This document shows, in pieces, positions 12,717 through 25,742 of a stretch of 64,000 bases of DNA; position 1 is the stretch's first letter, and every line of letters begins with the position of its first letter. This DNA is from Felis catus (Eukaryota), in contig NC_058372.1 of NCBI RefSeq assembly GCF_018350175.1, positions 18,290,001 through 18,354,000 of the forward strand, read 5' to 3'. The position numbers and the translations under genes were made by a program. Below the pieces are notes generated by a model. It saw only the letters and a program-made list of their open reading frames with translations. It was not told the DNA's origin and did no database searches.

Positions 12717-13888
12717 CCCCCCCCCAACTTTTCCCCCCTTTTTTTCTGTCTTTTTTTCTTCTCGTTTGTGGCCGTTGTCCCGACCTCACTGCACTGCTGG
12801 GGTATAATGATAGCCCATGGTTGGCTAATCTTAAAAGGATGACAGTTGTTAAGAGGAGAGGAGGGAAGAGAATGGAAACAGGAGAGACTCTGCAGTTGAT
12901 ATTATGTATACTCTTTGAAATGTGATGGAAAAGGCCAGGGGGAAGACAAAATGATAATACACTGGGAAAAAAAAAAAAAAAGAAACAACAACCCACCCGG
13001 CTTTAATTGTTTCCACGTATATACGAAATAGAAAGGGTAAAGGGCTAATATGCCCGACTTCAGTCATTTTGGTTTTAGTGCACTAGAACTTTAGGTCAGC
13101 GTTTTAAAAGGAGTCATTTGCTCTTATTTTGTGCATCCTCATCATACAGTTGTTGGAAGGATGCAGAGAAGTTGAAATGAAAGAGGTTTAATGATAAGGG
13201 AGCTTATTAAAAAACACACACACACACAAACAAAAAAACGAAAACCTGGCCAAATGACACATGGCGTGTAGTCCCATGAATAACATGTGTTTGGTTTCTG
13301 GGTACGGGGAAAGCGGACCTACCAGCTGGGAGAGGAAAAGGGAAGGTCTCAGGGAATCTAGAAGGCTGGGGACAGGGTGAAGGGTGGAAGGAAAGAAAGC
13401 CTTGGGTCAGCTCCATGCTGTCGAGGGGCTTTTGTTCTGTCTTGCCCTGTGGTTTTGCATACTTCTCATTTCAAAGACTGACTCTGGCTCAGGTCGTGGG
13501 CTCTGTAGGCTAAACTGTTGTTTCAGATTTCTCCTTCTCAGAAATTCCAAGTTGCATCTAATATTTATTTTTGGAATCGTAGAAGGGGGAAGGGAGTGCG
13601 GGAAGGTCTTGGAAGTTACCAGCATCCTTCACTTTACGGATGCGAAATTTTCAGCCTGGAAAGGCCGGGGGATTTGCCTAACTACTTCTGTCAGGTGTGT
13701 GGAGGCCTGAACGAACGAACGTGGGACCCAAACCAGCTCATTACGGTACCAGAAGGCAGCAGCCCTTGGAATGATCTCAGAATCATAGAAATGTGGTCAG
13801 TGATTGGGAAATTTACTCTCAGCCTCATACACGGAATAGGGGACAATGATGACGGTCATTGCCCTGGGGGGTATTTAAGGCAGGTATT

Positions 13889-14142
13889 GATTTATTTATT
13901 TATTTATTTATTTATTTATTTTAAATATTTTTTTTAACGTTTTTATTTATTTTTGAGACAGCGAGAGACAGAATATGAACAGGGGAGGGGCAGAGAGAGA
14001 GAGGGAGACACAGAATCGGAAGCAGGCTCCGGGCTCTGAGCCATCAGCCCAGAGCCCGACGCGGGGCTCAAACTCACGGACCGTGAGATCGTGACCTGAG
14101 CCGAAGTCGGACGCTTAACTGACTGAGCCACCCAGGCGCCCC
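13889..14142 (-). mobile_element. SINEC_Fc with (TTTA)n tail
   Basis: TSD taaggcag(g/a)tatt (13876-13888 / 14143-14155). Confidence 0.95.
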
Positions 14143-15461
14143 TAAGGCAGATATTTAACTCAATAATATTGTTCAAATATGACCAGAATATGGGGGAGGG
14201 GCGGGATCTGTGATAGTTGTTACTGCCTCTTCCTTTCTATTTGAAAAGCTTTCCTAAGATGTTTAGGATCATTTAAGCTCTTTGGTAATAGGCCAGATTC
14301 AGGGACACAAGAATTTGCTCCCCAGCACTATTTTCTCTAGAGTTTCTTGGAGGTCAACGGTCCGTCCCATCCACCCATCAAGTCAATCTTAGAAATATCC
14401 AATCTTGGACACTTCCAAGGACAGCAGATGCAGAAGCTATCACAGGCACTAGGAACCTTCTTCCAGAGCCTTTAGGTGCACCTAAGCTCGTTTCCTCAGC
14501 TGATAAAGATGTGGGAGGTTTGGCATTCTTGTCCCGGATCAGGACCCACTGTAAAAGGGCACTCAGGGGACAAGCCCATCATGCCCTTCTTCCTTGAAGA
14601 GCAAAAAGTGAGTCTGCATGGAAAATGAATGACATGTATTTTGGGAAAATATCCCCCCACGTAGCGACATCTCTCTCTGGTGGTTTTGTCCCTGTCCACA
14701 CAGGCAGGATCACCTACTGGAATCGGGACACCAAAGACTCGGATCCCTCACGACCCTCAGGATGACTCCGCATGTTTCCCGGGGGGGGGGGGGCGGGGTG
14801 CTCTGGTCAATTTCCAGTTGGGGTTTCTTGTCCTGGAGATGATCTTATTTGGAGCTTCCCAATCAGTTTACCGTATGGTCTTGTTTTTCTCCTTGTCAGG
14901 GGAAATGTCCCGCGATTTTGCCCTTCTTCATTAAATAATGGCTGTGCGTCACCCCTACCCTTCTATTCCACTTCACAGCCACATACTGTGAGCGGCGCTT
15001 CCTAGGTGTGGTGGATGTACGGTTTTATAAACATAGGATTCTTCTTGGATGACCAGCACATTGTTATTTCGTGGAGACCGTGAAATCAATAAGTGGCAGG
15101 GCAGAAGACTTAACATTACGTGTGTGTGTTTGTGTGTGTGTGTATACATGTAAAATGTTCGGTGCAATATTCATTGTTCAACGTGAAATTTGCACATCAA
15201 GACCATTTCATTGCCTTGGGCTGATTATAATGTAAAGAGCCACAACTGAAGCCTCTTCTGGAGCTCCTTTTAAAGGGGCCTGGCCCGGGGGTGGGTGGAG
15301 GAGACTCTCTCCAGCCTAAGTGCCTGGGCTCTTTGCTGAGAGATGGCCTGGGGCAGAGCCCCGCTGATTGCCGTCACTGGCCTTGCTCCCAGGGGTCGAC
15401 CCAGGGCTTAGTAGTTTCTACTCATCAATCTAACCTGGGGAAGGGGAGCTAACAGAAGAAA

Positions 15462-15500
<39 letters not shown>
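15462..15500. repeat. (TG)n microsatellite
   Basis: Directly visible. Confidence 0.95.
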
Positions 15501-15502
<2 letters not shown>

Positions 15503-15869
15503 CTGGAAGTGCAGGAGGGCAGGAACCAGGGACAACAACAGCATGGTGAGTTCCAGGGTTTAGAAACCCGCCTCCCCCCCCCAGAACCCCACAACCACAT
15601 CTCCACACTTCAGCTCAGGGCTAGAGACAGACTCCATGCTGCCCCTTCTGAAGGTACTAGAATTCTGTGCAGTCAGGTGTTATTCCATTACTTGTACAAC
15701 TCTTTTTCTTTCAAATATATTACATTTCCCCCCCCAAACCAATGCATGCTTATGCAGTACAGCTCTATGCATTTCTATGCAGGTAATCCTTCAAAGAAAA
15801 CAGAATTGTGATCATGCTCTACATTCTGGCTTTTCTCTTTTCCTTTTTTTTTTAAGCTTTTTTTTTTTT

Positions 15870-16801
15870 TCCTATTGGAACATTTCAAGCATAAACAAAA
15901 GAATACAAACAGTATACACCCTCCACGTATTCATCGCTCAGCTCTAACAATTAGAATTGGCAGGAATTTTAGTTTGCCCTTACTTAACTTACGCCCCTTC
16001 TCACTTTCTTATTTGGAGGCAAATACCAGACTTCCTATCATCTCATTCTGTACATTTCCATTGCATTCTCTTTTATAAAATTGTGGTACAATATACATAC
16101 TCTAAAATGTATCATTTATTTTAAAGATTAAAAAAAAAATTAAGTGGTTTCTCACCCAGCATGGGGCTCAAACTCACGACCCTGAGATCAGGAAATGTAT
16201 GGCCATGGACTGAGCCAGGCAGGCACCCCTAAAATGGATTGTCTTAACCATTAAAAACATTTTTTTTAACGTTTATTTGTTTTTTTTTGAGAGAGAGACA
16301 GAGTGCGAGCAGGGGAGGGGCAGAGAGAGAGGGGGAGACACAGAATCTGAAGCAGGCTCGCTCCCAGCTGTCAGCCCAGAGCCCAACGCGGGGCTCGAAC
16401 TCATGAACCGAACGGTGAGATCATGACCTGAGCCGAAGCCAGACGCTCAACTGACTGAGCCGACCCACTTTTTAACCATTTTCAAGTGTATGGTTCATTG
16501 GCATTAATACATTCACGTTGCGGGCAACCATCACCCCTGTCCATCCCCCAAACCTTTTCACCTTCCCAAACGGAAACTCTGTGCCTGTAACACACTAACT
16601 CCCCATTTCTCCTTCCCCAGCTCCTGGCAACTGCCATTCTACTTTCTGTCTCTATGAATTTATTTGACGATTCTGTGTATCCCACATGAGGGGAGCGCAC
16701 AACGTTTGTCCTTTGTGAATGGCTTACTTTCCTTAGCATAATGTCATCAACGTTCATCCGTGTTGTAGCACGTGCGAGAATTTTCTTGCTTTTCAAGGCT
16801 G
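15870..16801 (-). mobile_element. Old L1 3' ends (L1MC5/L1ME-like piece followed by L1MB-like 3' end) interrupted by two Can-SINEs (~16120-16229, ~16252-16467)
   Basis: cctggcaactgccattctactttctgtctctatgaattt and tggcttactttccttagcataatgtc L1MB-type motifs; ORF 16482-16829 resembles the L1 ORF2 C-terminus/3'UTR. Confidence 0.8.
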
Positions 16802-17438
16802 TGCATCCTGTTATAGCCTCTTTGTTCATTTGGTAAGAAAGTACTAAGAAAATGTTTAACTTCCTGGTTTAGCTATCTGCTCGCTAATGGGTGTCATTGT
16901 TTGCTTTTGACTTGCTTATTTGGAAGGGTATTAACGAACCGATTCCAGTAGAGAGCCTTTTTCTCTCCTGCCAAAGCCATGGGTCACAGCGGGAAGGATA
17001 TCAGTGAGTGCTGTGCCTGTAGCAGCTTAAAATCACGAGCACGGGATAGTAAACGTGGTTTTTTTGTGGAGTCTTGCATACGCTTTGGCTCCCCTGTATG
17101 ATTAACTAGATGCATCTAAGATGAGACGTTTTTGTAATACTTAATGGTGTGCTATCTGGGGATGCAGAAGAGAGGTGACCCGAGGCTCCAAGTGCCCATG
17201 ATATTATAGGATCATAGTCATAATCTAAAGCATGTTTCCCTCAAGAATCCCCAGTCCTGTCGGAATTAGCTATTTCGTCTCAAAATACCTCGGAAAGCTT
17301 GTGAAGCACCAGTTGCTTTTCCCATTGATGATAAAGAAGGTATAGGTGGCGCAGAATCAACCGATACCTAAAAAAACACAAAGCAAGTCATGGCCCAGGA
17401 CCCTTTTTGGGCCCTTCAGTTGCTACAGCTGCCGTCTT

Positions 17439-17653
17439 TAAAAAAAAAAAAAATTTAACATTTATTTATTTTTGAGACAGAGACAGAGCGTGAACGGGGG
17501 AGGGGCAGAGAGAGGGAGACACAGAATCTGAAACAGGATCCAGGCTCTGAGCTGTCAGCACAGAACCCGACGTGGGGCTCGAACTCACGGACCGCGAGAT
17601 CACGACCTGAGGGGAAGTCGGCCACTTAACCGACTGAGCCACCCAGGCGCCCC
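17439..17653 (-). mobile_element. SINEC_Fc
   Basis: TSD tac(a/g)gctgcc(g/a)tctt (17424-17438 / 17654-17668). Confidence 0.95.
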
Positions 17654-20000
17654 TACGGCTGCCATCTTAAGTGGTGTTCTACTCTGAGCCAGGGTCTCTT
17701 TTGTCGGAGCGAAGAGAATGAAGAAGGCCCCACGCCTGTCACATGGTAGGCTCTTCCTCTTTGTTGAAGGAAAATCAACAACGATGAGCCTGAAACCCGT
17801 GACAGAGGCAGAGACCGTTGGGGAGTGTTCGGGTCTCCCTCCGAGCCCGTTCTGTTCCTTCCTCCAGCCAGCCGGACTCTGCCTCCCCTTTCCCCCCAGA
17901 CAGGTGTGATCTGCCAGACTGCTGGTCTACCCGCTGCCAGTGCTGCAGGGGAGGCCGGGGTGAGGAAAGGGAGGGCTCAGAACCTGCACTCACCCTTGCT
18001 CTAGTTCTCTTGCTGCCGCCTTTGGGAACGGGCCTCGGGCTTGACCCTTTTACACAGTTTCCGTTCTGGGCTGTAGCCCTGTTTGTCTCCTTTCTGTTCC
18101 AGGCTCTGACCAGACCATTTGTATCTTCACTCTGCCTTTTGGGAGCGCACAAAAGGGGAACGAGGATAGAAGATTAGGGAGAGCAGCAAGTGTGTTTGAT
18201 ATGGCTCCTTCTTTATGCACATGCGGGGTATGTGGGCACACCAATACGGAAGTGTAATAATAGCTTTTTCTCCTTTCTGCCTGTCTCAGTCCTGCCCACC
18301 TCCAAGTCACTTCCTACATAAAGGCTTCTTGTCTGATCCACTCATCTGTCATTTAGCTATCTGCTTGCTCGGTAGTCATTTGCGGTTGCCTTTTGTGGTA
18401 TGTCAATGTGTATTATTTTTTCGCCTCCTGTGATTCACTATTGCCCCCCTCAACTCGATGGCCACTTCCTCTGGAATAATTGGGACGGGACCGCGAATTA
18501 CATATTTGTGGAACTTAGCACAGGGTGGCCATTCAGGACATCTGAATGAAACGGACAATGGCTGTTTTTCAGAGGACGGACGGAGGGACAATGACTTTGA
18601 CTTAGTCCCATGAGGTCACACAGACAGAGGTGGTAGTAAGACAGGAAAGTCGGGCTGTGCTTTTCCCAGGCAGCACTCGGTTGTGACTGCCCCAGAAAAA
18701 ACTCGTGTCTGAGCTGCATGCAGCTTGCAAGATACCCTATGGTCCGTGTTCCTTCTGAGGTTACCATTCCGTGGACAAGCCATCAGAATTGCCCATATCC
18801 TCCGAAGCCACTTATCCGGAACACTCAGCTAGCTGTTGACCTGATGAAAACTTGGTTTGACGGTTTGGTTGTCTGTATTTAATTTCAGTAGAGGAACAGC
18901 ATCTCGCCTACAGTGCCTTTCCAGACTGCTTTACACTTAACTTTGGTCGGCTAATGCTTTTACTGAAAAGGGCTTGAAACCATTGACAGCCTTTGTTTGA
19001 AAAGAAGCTGCGTGGTATAAGGAGCTAAGATATTATTTAAGATAGGTGACAAACTACCAATCTTATTTGCTAAGTGTCTTTCGCTGAAGCGTGCCAAGTA
19101 GGCCATAAACTAGACCTGGTAACTGATTTTTTAAAAAATAATGTATCACTGGAGAAGCTTAATCCGAATGCTGCAGAACATAAAACACTTCTGTAATGAG
19201 GAATCTGCAACTTACAACATAATGCTTTTGTAACTCTGGACCTCTTGGGGGAAAAAAAAATAAAATGAGTCATTAGGTCCGTGAAAGGCAATATACGCAT
19301 TCAGCTTTAAATGTGCTCCGCAGACAAGCTCTTTTCTCTGGGACACAAGGCTTTTCCTTTATCAGAAGAACATCGTCGTCCTCCTACAGGAGAGGTTATT
19401 AGACTGGGTCGTAGGAGTCATCAGTGCCTACCTGTTTCCGTCTATTTCCACACTGAAGATGACGTGTGCCTTTGCAATACATTTATACGCTTACACAACC
19501 TTTTATGGATGCCTGTGTCGACTGTAGCACTGCGGAGGCAAAATGTGCTTCTCGAACTACAGGCTGATTATTGGCTTTATAAAATCAAAGGAGGGCAAGA
19601 ACACCAACTCCCACCTTCCCTCCACTAGGTTACATTTATGGGGATTAACTACATTATTCAATGTATTTCTTAAGAATTAAATTAATCATAATGCATTTGG
19701 ATTCCCTGAGTATTCTCACAATTAATTTGTGCTATTGAGTTATCAAATATCCCTTTCTTAAGGGATTAGCTCGTTTCTGATGTTTTGCACTGGTGTCCCG
19801 AGAAGTAATTTTGGACTAAAAAAAAAAAATTGGATCCTTTTTCCAAGGATTTGTTTTTAATCTCCAAAGGAATTCTTGGAACACCGGAATAAAACAGTAC
19901 AACAGTGGCTAATCCCTTAAGTAAGGATTTCTGATCACCCAATAACACAAATTAGTAAAAATAGCACGGAAGGGAAATGCTCTCCTCGTCTCATCTGCTT

Positions 20001-20012
20001 TCTTCCTTCCTC

Positions 20013-20064
<52 letters not shown>

Positions 20065-20245
20065 GTTTATTTATTTATTTTGAGAGAGAGAGAACCAGAG
20101 AGAGCAGGGGAGGGTCAGAGAGAGAGGGAGAGAGAATCCCAAGCAGGTTCCGTGACTCAGGGCTGGATCCCACAAAGCACAAGACCTGATCTGAGCTGAA
20201 ATCAAGAGTTGGACGCCTAAACCCACCGAGCCACCCAGGCTCCCC
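20001..20245 (-). mobile_element. Can-SINE whose tail expanded into a (TTTC)n microsatellite (~20012-20064)
   Basis: Head ...ccacccaggctcccc at 20245; degraded TSD tctgcttt. Confidence 0.9.
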
Positions 20246-21044
20246 TTGTCTGCTTTTTTCATACTAAACACCAAGACCGTCCCTATTTCAAATCCACAGC
20301 TCCTGGATTATCGCAGAACTTTAAAATTCAATTTCAGAACATTGTGTATTTTAATAACCTGTTTCAGGTGATCAGATATCCCCGAAAATACCCAGAATTT
20401 TTAAAATGCCTCCGTTCAAATTTTAAAAATTCTTTCCATAATGTCACTTAACTTCCTTTCCAAAATCAAATCTGATCATCTTTGACCCATTATGCAAGGT
20501 GGCATGTGGGAAAGGGCTTTTATTTCAGGCAACTGATGAGATTGTTGATCCTTTCAAAACAATGGGTCCATGAAATCAGGACTAAAATAAAGCACAATGC
20601 TAGATAATCTGTTTATACATACTTATTTACTTAAGGTAATCTGGTCAAGTCCTCATCGGCAGTTATATTATGGCTGTGATGTCACCAGCAGGAAATAGTT
20701 CACAGCTAAGAAAGTGTGGTTATGAAACTACTTTAAAGAGCACAACAAATCTAGAGAGATGCTTCTAACATTGAAGCCAGTAGACTCGGAGGATGTAAAG
20801 GAAATGTTTTGGATCAGTTTTGAGAACACTGGGTTTATATTTTGAAAATCACAGTACTAATTGAACCTGAAGCCTAAACTACTATGAAATCAAAATAAAT
20901 TGAAACGTATTGAGAAACTATTTTGAGTTTGGCAGTTTTGGATTTATAAAAGAGATTTTTAAGCCATAATATATATTTTTATGCTAAAAGCATACCTCGA
21001 TCTTTAAAAGAACAATCTGCTCTTGATATCTTAAAAGACATCCA

Positions 21045-21645
21045 GGGGTGCCTGGCTGGCTCAGTTGGTAGAGCATGTGACTCTTGATCTCAGGGTTGTG
21101 AGTTTGAGCCCCATGTCGGGTGTAGAAAGTACTTAAAAATAAAATCTTAAAAAAAAAAGTTTTTTTTTTTTTTTTAACGTTTATTTATTTTTGAGACAGA
21201 GAGAGACAGAGCATGAACGGGGGAGGGTCAGAGAGAGAGAGGGAGACACAGAATCTGAAACAGGCTCCAGGCTCTGAGCCATCAGCCCAGAGCCTGACGC
21301 GGGGCTTGAACTCACGAACTGCGAGATCATGACCTGAGCCGAAGTCGGACGCTCAACCGACTGAGCCACCCAGGCGCCCCTGTTTTTTTTTTTTTTTTTT
21401 TAACATTTATTCATTCTTTGAGAGACAGAGAGAGACAGTGTGAGTGGGGGGAGGGGCAGAGAGAGAGGGAGACACAGAATCCAAAGCAGACTTCAGGCTC
21501 TGAGCTGTCAGCGCAGAGCCCGACACAGGGCTCGAACTCATGACCAGTGAGATCATGACCTCAGCTGGAGTTGGACGCTTAACCAACTGAGCCACCCAGG
21601 CGCCCCTTAAAAATAAAATCTTTAAAAAAAGAAAGAAAGAAAGAT
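21045..21645. mobile_element. Triple nested Can-SINE cluster: + short SINE (21045-) hosting two - SINEC_Fc (21160-21380, 21383-21606)
   Basis: TSD ttaaaaataaaatctt at 21133-21148 and 21607-21622; heads end at 21380 and 21606. Confidence 0.9.
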
Positions 21646-22340
21646 ACTCAGTGCATAGAATAGAGAGAGAAAAAAAAAAGAAAACCATCTTTCTTTTTTT
21701 CATACATTTTTCCCAGGTAGTATTCAAAAAGCATATCATTTAATATTTAATTCAATGAGCATTGATTACCATCATCTATAACCTCTTGTGAGAACAAAAA
21801 GTACAACCAAATCATGGTCACCTCTTTCATGAACTGACTTTCCTGCGGAAGTTATATATAGTGAATGACATTCAAAGTCATTCTAATTTTACCTGAAAGC
21901 GCATCTGAGCCATGAGTTAAAAATTGTGTGCACTTACTCACAAAGTGCTTAAAATGTTTCTTGATTGTTTTTCTTTATGGACATTCTTCACTGGGGGTAA
22001 ACTGTATTCCATATTGTCTGCCCTTCTTCCCAATCCATACGTTGATCAGCTCCCTTTCCTCTTCACTTTGTTTTTCCCTCATAATTCCTTCAGTCTTTGA
22101 TTAGAGCGAAAGAGTCCAGAAGGCTGGATTCCACAGAGGAACTTGCAGATAAACTAGTAACTGAAAGATTGCCTGTATTAATTTTGCCTCCTCTGAACTA
22201 TGAAACTGTTGAGGTCCAGGCAGTGTCTCATAGGTAAGTTACGGACTCTGGAATAAGAGCATCTGACTTTGACCCTGGGTTCTGCCATTTTATGGGCTGT
22301 GTGGTCACAGCCTTGTTCTGAATTTCTCTGTGTCTCAGTT

Positions 22341-22553
22341 TTTTTTTTTTTCAACGTTTTTTATTTATTTTTGGGATAGAGACAGAGCATGAACGGGGGA
22401 GGGGCAGAGAGAGAGGGAGACACAGAATCGGAAACAGGTTCCAGGCTCTGAGCCATCAGCCCAGAGCCCAACGCGGGGCTCGAACTCACGGACCGCGAGA
22501 TCGTGACCTGGCTGAAGTCGGACGCTTAACCGACTGCGCCACCCAGGCGCCCC
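22341..22553 (-). mobile_element. Young SINEC_Fc inserted in a MIR (~22240-22650, +)
   Basis: TSD tgtgtctcagttt; MIR core ctctgtgtctcagttt|ttcatctg reconstitutes across the insertion. Confidence 0.9.
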
Positions 22554-22677
22554 TGTGTCTCAGTTTTTTTCATCTGACAACTGGGCATAGTGATGGCTTG
22601 TTAGGATTGTTAAGTGTAGTAATTCTGCTAACATATGTGAAGCTTTAGGTAGGGATCAAATTTCAGCACACTGATTT

Positions 22678-23310
22678 CTCCATTCAACCAATATTTATTA
22701 AGGGCCCACTAGGTGCCAGGTGATGTTTCAGGGCGCTTGGGACCCATCAGTGAGTGACAGAGACCGAGAGTCCTGCTCTTGTGCTGCTGACGTTCCAGTG
22801 GGGGGTGGGGGGAAGGGGAACAGACCATGAGCCATGAACATAAGATGGAGAATGTCAGCAGTTGAAGGGACTGGTGGGGACAAAATGCAGAGCAGAATAA
22901 GAGGGATGGAGGGGGTCAGAGTGTGCGGATATGGGCTGCACACTTTTTAAATAGGACGGTGGTGGAAGGCTTTTTAGGGGAGGTGATGTTTGGACAAAGG
23001 CATGGCAGAGAAGAGAATGTTCTAGACTGGTGTGGCAGCTAGTGCAAAGTACCTAATGCCAGCCATTTGGGGAACAGCAAGTCACTTTATCACCTTTTGG
23101 GTCAATCCACATTCTGATCCCAACCCCACCGTTAGAGTTCAGTACGCAAGGGGGAGAGGTCTAGGGGACCAAGTCACAGAGGTCAGATCACACAGGGCTT
23201 CCTAAAGCATCGAAAAGACTTTGACGTTCGCTCTGCAGGCTCTGGCCTGAAGAATTCCAGGATCTAACTTAGATTTTTAAAAGATTCCTCTGGCTTCAGC
23301 CTGGAGACCA
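22678..23310 (-). mobile_element. L2 3' end
   Basis: cattcaaccaatatttattaagggcccactaggtgccagg is the typical reverse-complement L2 terminus. Confidence 0.7.
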
Positions 23311-25522
23311 GACTAAGGCTAATTATTGCTTATAGTGGCAGCCCCCAAACCCTGCACAATGGCTCTCCGGGCATAGGGAGTGCAGACATACTTAACGAAT
23401 TGGGTAGTTTATTTGGTATTGGCAGTTATGTTGTCTTTGTATTTTCTTCCCTTATTCATATCTTCTCCCTTGGGCTTCCTAGGGTCTTCTAGGTGGCAAG
23501 GGAAAGAGTCGCACGTGGTTACCTTGAGGATGAAGACTCAACTGCCTTCAGTCAAAGCAGTCACACTAATGAGCAAATCACTTGGGTGTGACGGGGGAGC
23601 GTGGGCTGTGCCACAGGGGGACGCACGCTTTGCCTGAAAGCCTGTGCGCTGGAAGTTCAGAAAAATAGGTGATAGAGTTTAAACTGAGACACATCTGCGG
23701 CTGGGCAGGGTAAAGCTATGTGTTCCTGAAGACTGTTTAATGGCAGTTTACCATAAGGATGCCTGAGGAAAAAAGCAGGGCACGAGAATGTTTCGGCCCT
23801 CAGAAACATTCGTCTCACAGAAGGCTAGACTGTCCACTGTTGGATCTTTGTAACATGTAACATGTAACATGTAGAAAAGACAACCCCTTTGGGGTAGTTG
23901 CTGTGCCAAGCCAATGTGCTTGGCCTGGTGGGTGGGGGGCAAGCTGTGTTGCTGTTCCTGCTTATCCCCTCAGCCAGAGGGTCTTGTGCAGTGCACAACT
24001 TGCACATCCCATTGTTTAGGATGCAATAAAGCTCTAGCAAAACTGCAAAGTTTGTTTCCTTGTACACAGCAGGTATGTGTTCCTCCTTGCTTGGGTGACC
24101 TTCCACTTTGGTGACTTCACTGCTTTCTCTGTCTCTCCTTTTTTTACTCCTGTCTTTATAGACTTAGTAAATCTCGCTGTCTTTACTTGAGACTCCCTGA
24201 AGGAGAACTTGGTGGTTTTGGCAAGTCGCCTGTTGGTAGGGATAGTGTCCAAGGTGGCTCGTTAGCTCGTAGGAGCCAGGAGGCCATTCCTAAACCAATC
24301 AGTACTGTCCAGGGCACGGATGTCACCAACCCTGGTAGAGGATTTGCCCAGTGAATACGGTCATGAATAATGTAATCTTCGAGACTGATGTTTTTAGGGC
24401 CTCTCTTTGGGTGCTTGTAGGGTCCTGCATGGTAACTCTTGATTCCATGCTTGTCTCAGTACTCTTGCGGGCTTCCTCAAGACAGAACCTCGGAGTACTC
24501 ATCTCTATTAACACAGGAATTCTCATCATGCCTCACTCATAATGGCTGCCCCCAAATAATTTTAAATGGAATTGATCGGAGTAGACCTTGTTCCTAAATG
24601 TTCCTTTCCAAAAGACCCGGAGGTTTTATCGTAAAGTTTACCCCCCTTCTCACTCCACTCTCAAACCTCTACTTGAGGAAGAAGAGGGTCCTAGTACTTC
24701 TTCTCTTCTTCCTGTATTTTACTCCATCGATTCTATTCTTCAGACGTCTCCTTACTATTTATTCCAAAACCTGATCTGATGACTGAGCATCACTGAGATT
24801 AAAGGAAGTCTCAAAACTTGGATGGCTTTTTCCTTTGAGTGTTGCAGTCTCTTGAGTTTGATTGATCTCATATCTTAGACATTGAACGTGCTTTAGCTTT
24901 TGGAGAGGCTGACTTAATAAGAAACTCATGCTTGTGAAGTGCGGTCTAGTTTTTCTGAGAGCTAGGGAAGCCTTGATGACTTTCAGTCCAGGGAGGTGAG
25001 TCCTTGGTTGTGGCCTGGAAGCAGGGGTCTCACCCGGGGGGCTGTTATGCTTTGATCATGCTCCCAGGTATGGCCAATCACAAGATTGAAAGAGAATTCT
25101 TTCCGTCTCCTTTCACTTGTGTTTTTTCATTGTATGTCACATGCTAACAAAAACCCAATTCTTCACATGGTTGATTATCCAAATCTTCCCTGAGGTCCTA
25201 TTTCCTTTTTCTCCCTCCAACAGGCAAATCTTCTCTTATGCTCACATTTTAAAGTGTCTATAGGGTTTTCTCTATAATTCAGTTCAATGGCCCTGCCACC
25301 TACTAAGGAAGTGATGAGCTGTTTGGGCTGACTAGGAATGTTTCTGTCTTTTCCCTACCTCTTAAGAAAGTGTTCTACCAAGGCATCACCAATTTAAGAC
25401 GCTCATTTGTTATTTTACTTTAAGCAGGCTCTACATTATAATTTAATGGCGTAATGGAATCCCTATTCTAGTTCACAAACACTGTGGTGCAAATGATTTA
25501 ATTTACTAGCTCAAGCATTAGT

Positions 25523-25742
25523 NNNNNNNNNNNNNNNNNNNNNNNNNNNNNNNNNNNNNNNNNNNNNNNNNNNNNNNNNNNNNNNNNNNNNNNNNNNNNN
25601 NNNNNNNNNNNNNNNNNNNNNNNNNNNNNNNNNNNNNNNNNNNNNNNNNNNNNNNNNNNNNNNNNNNNNNNNNNNNNNNNNNNNNNNNNNNNNNNNNNNN
25701 NNNNNNNNNNNNNNNNNNNNNNNNNNNNNNNNNNNNNNNNNN
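25523..25742. other. N-run, 220 nt
   Basis: Directly visible; AT-rich unique TAAT-dense flanks. Confidence 1.

Noticed and set aside
23849-23873. (TAACATG)x3 as a p53 element
   Set aside because: 7-nt period and flanks do not fit RRRCWWGYYY decamer repeats; simple tandem duplication.
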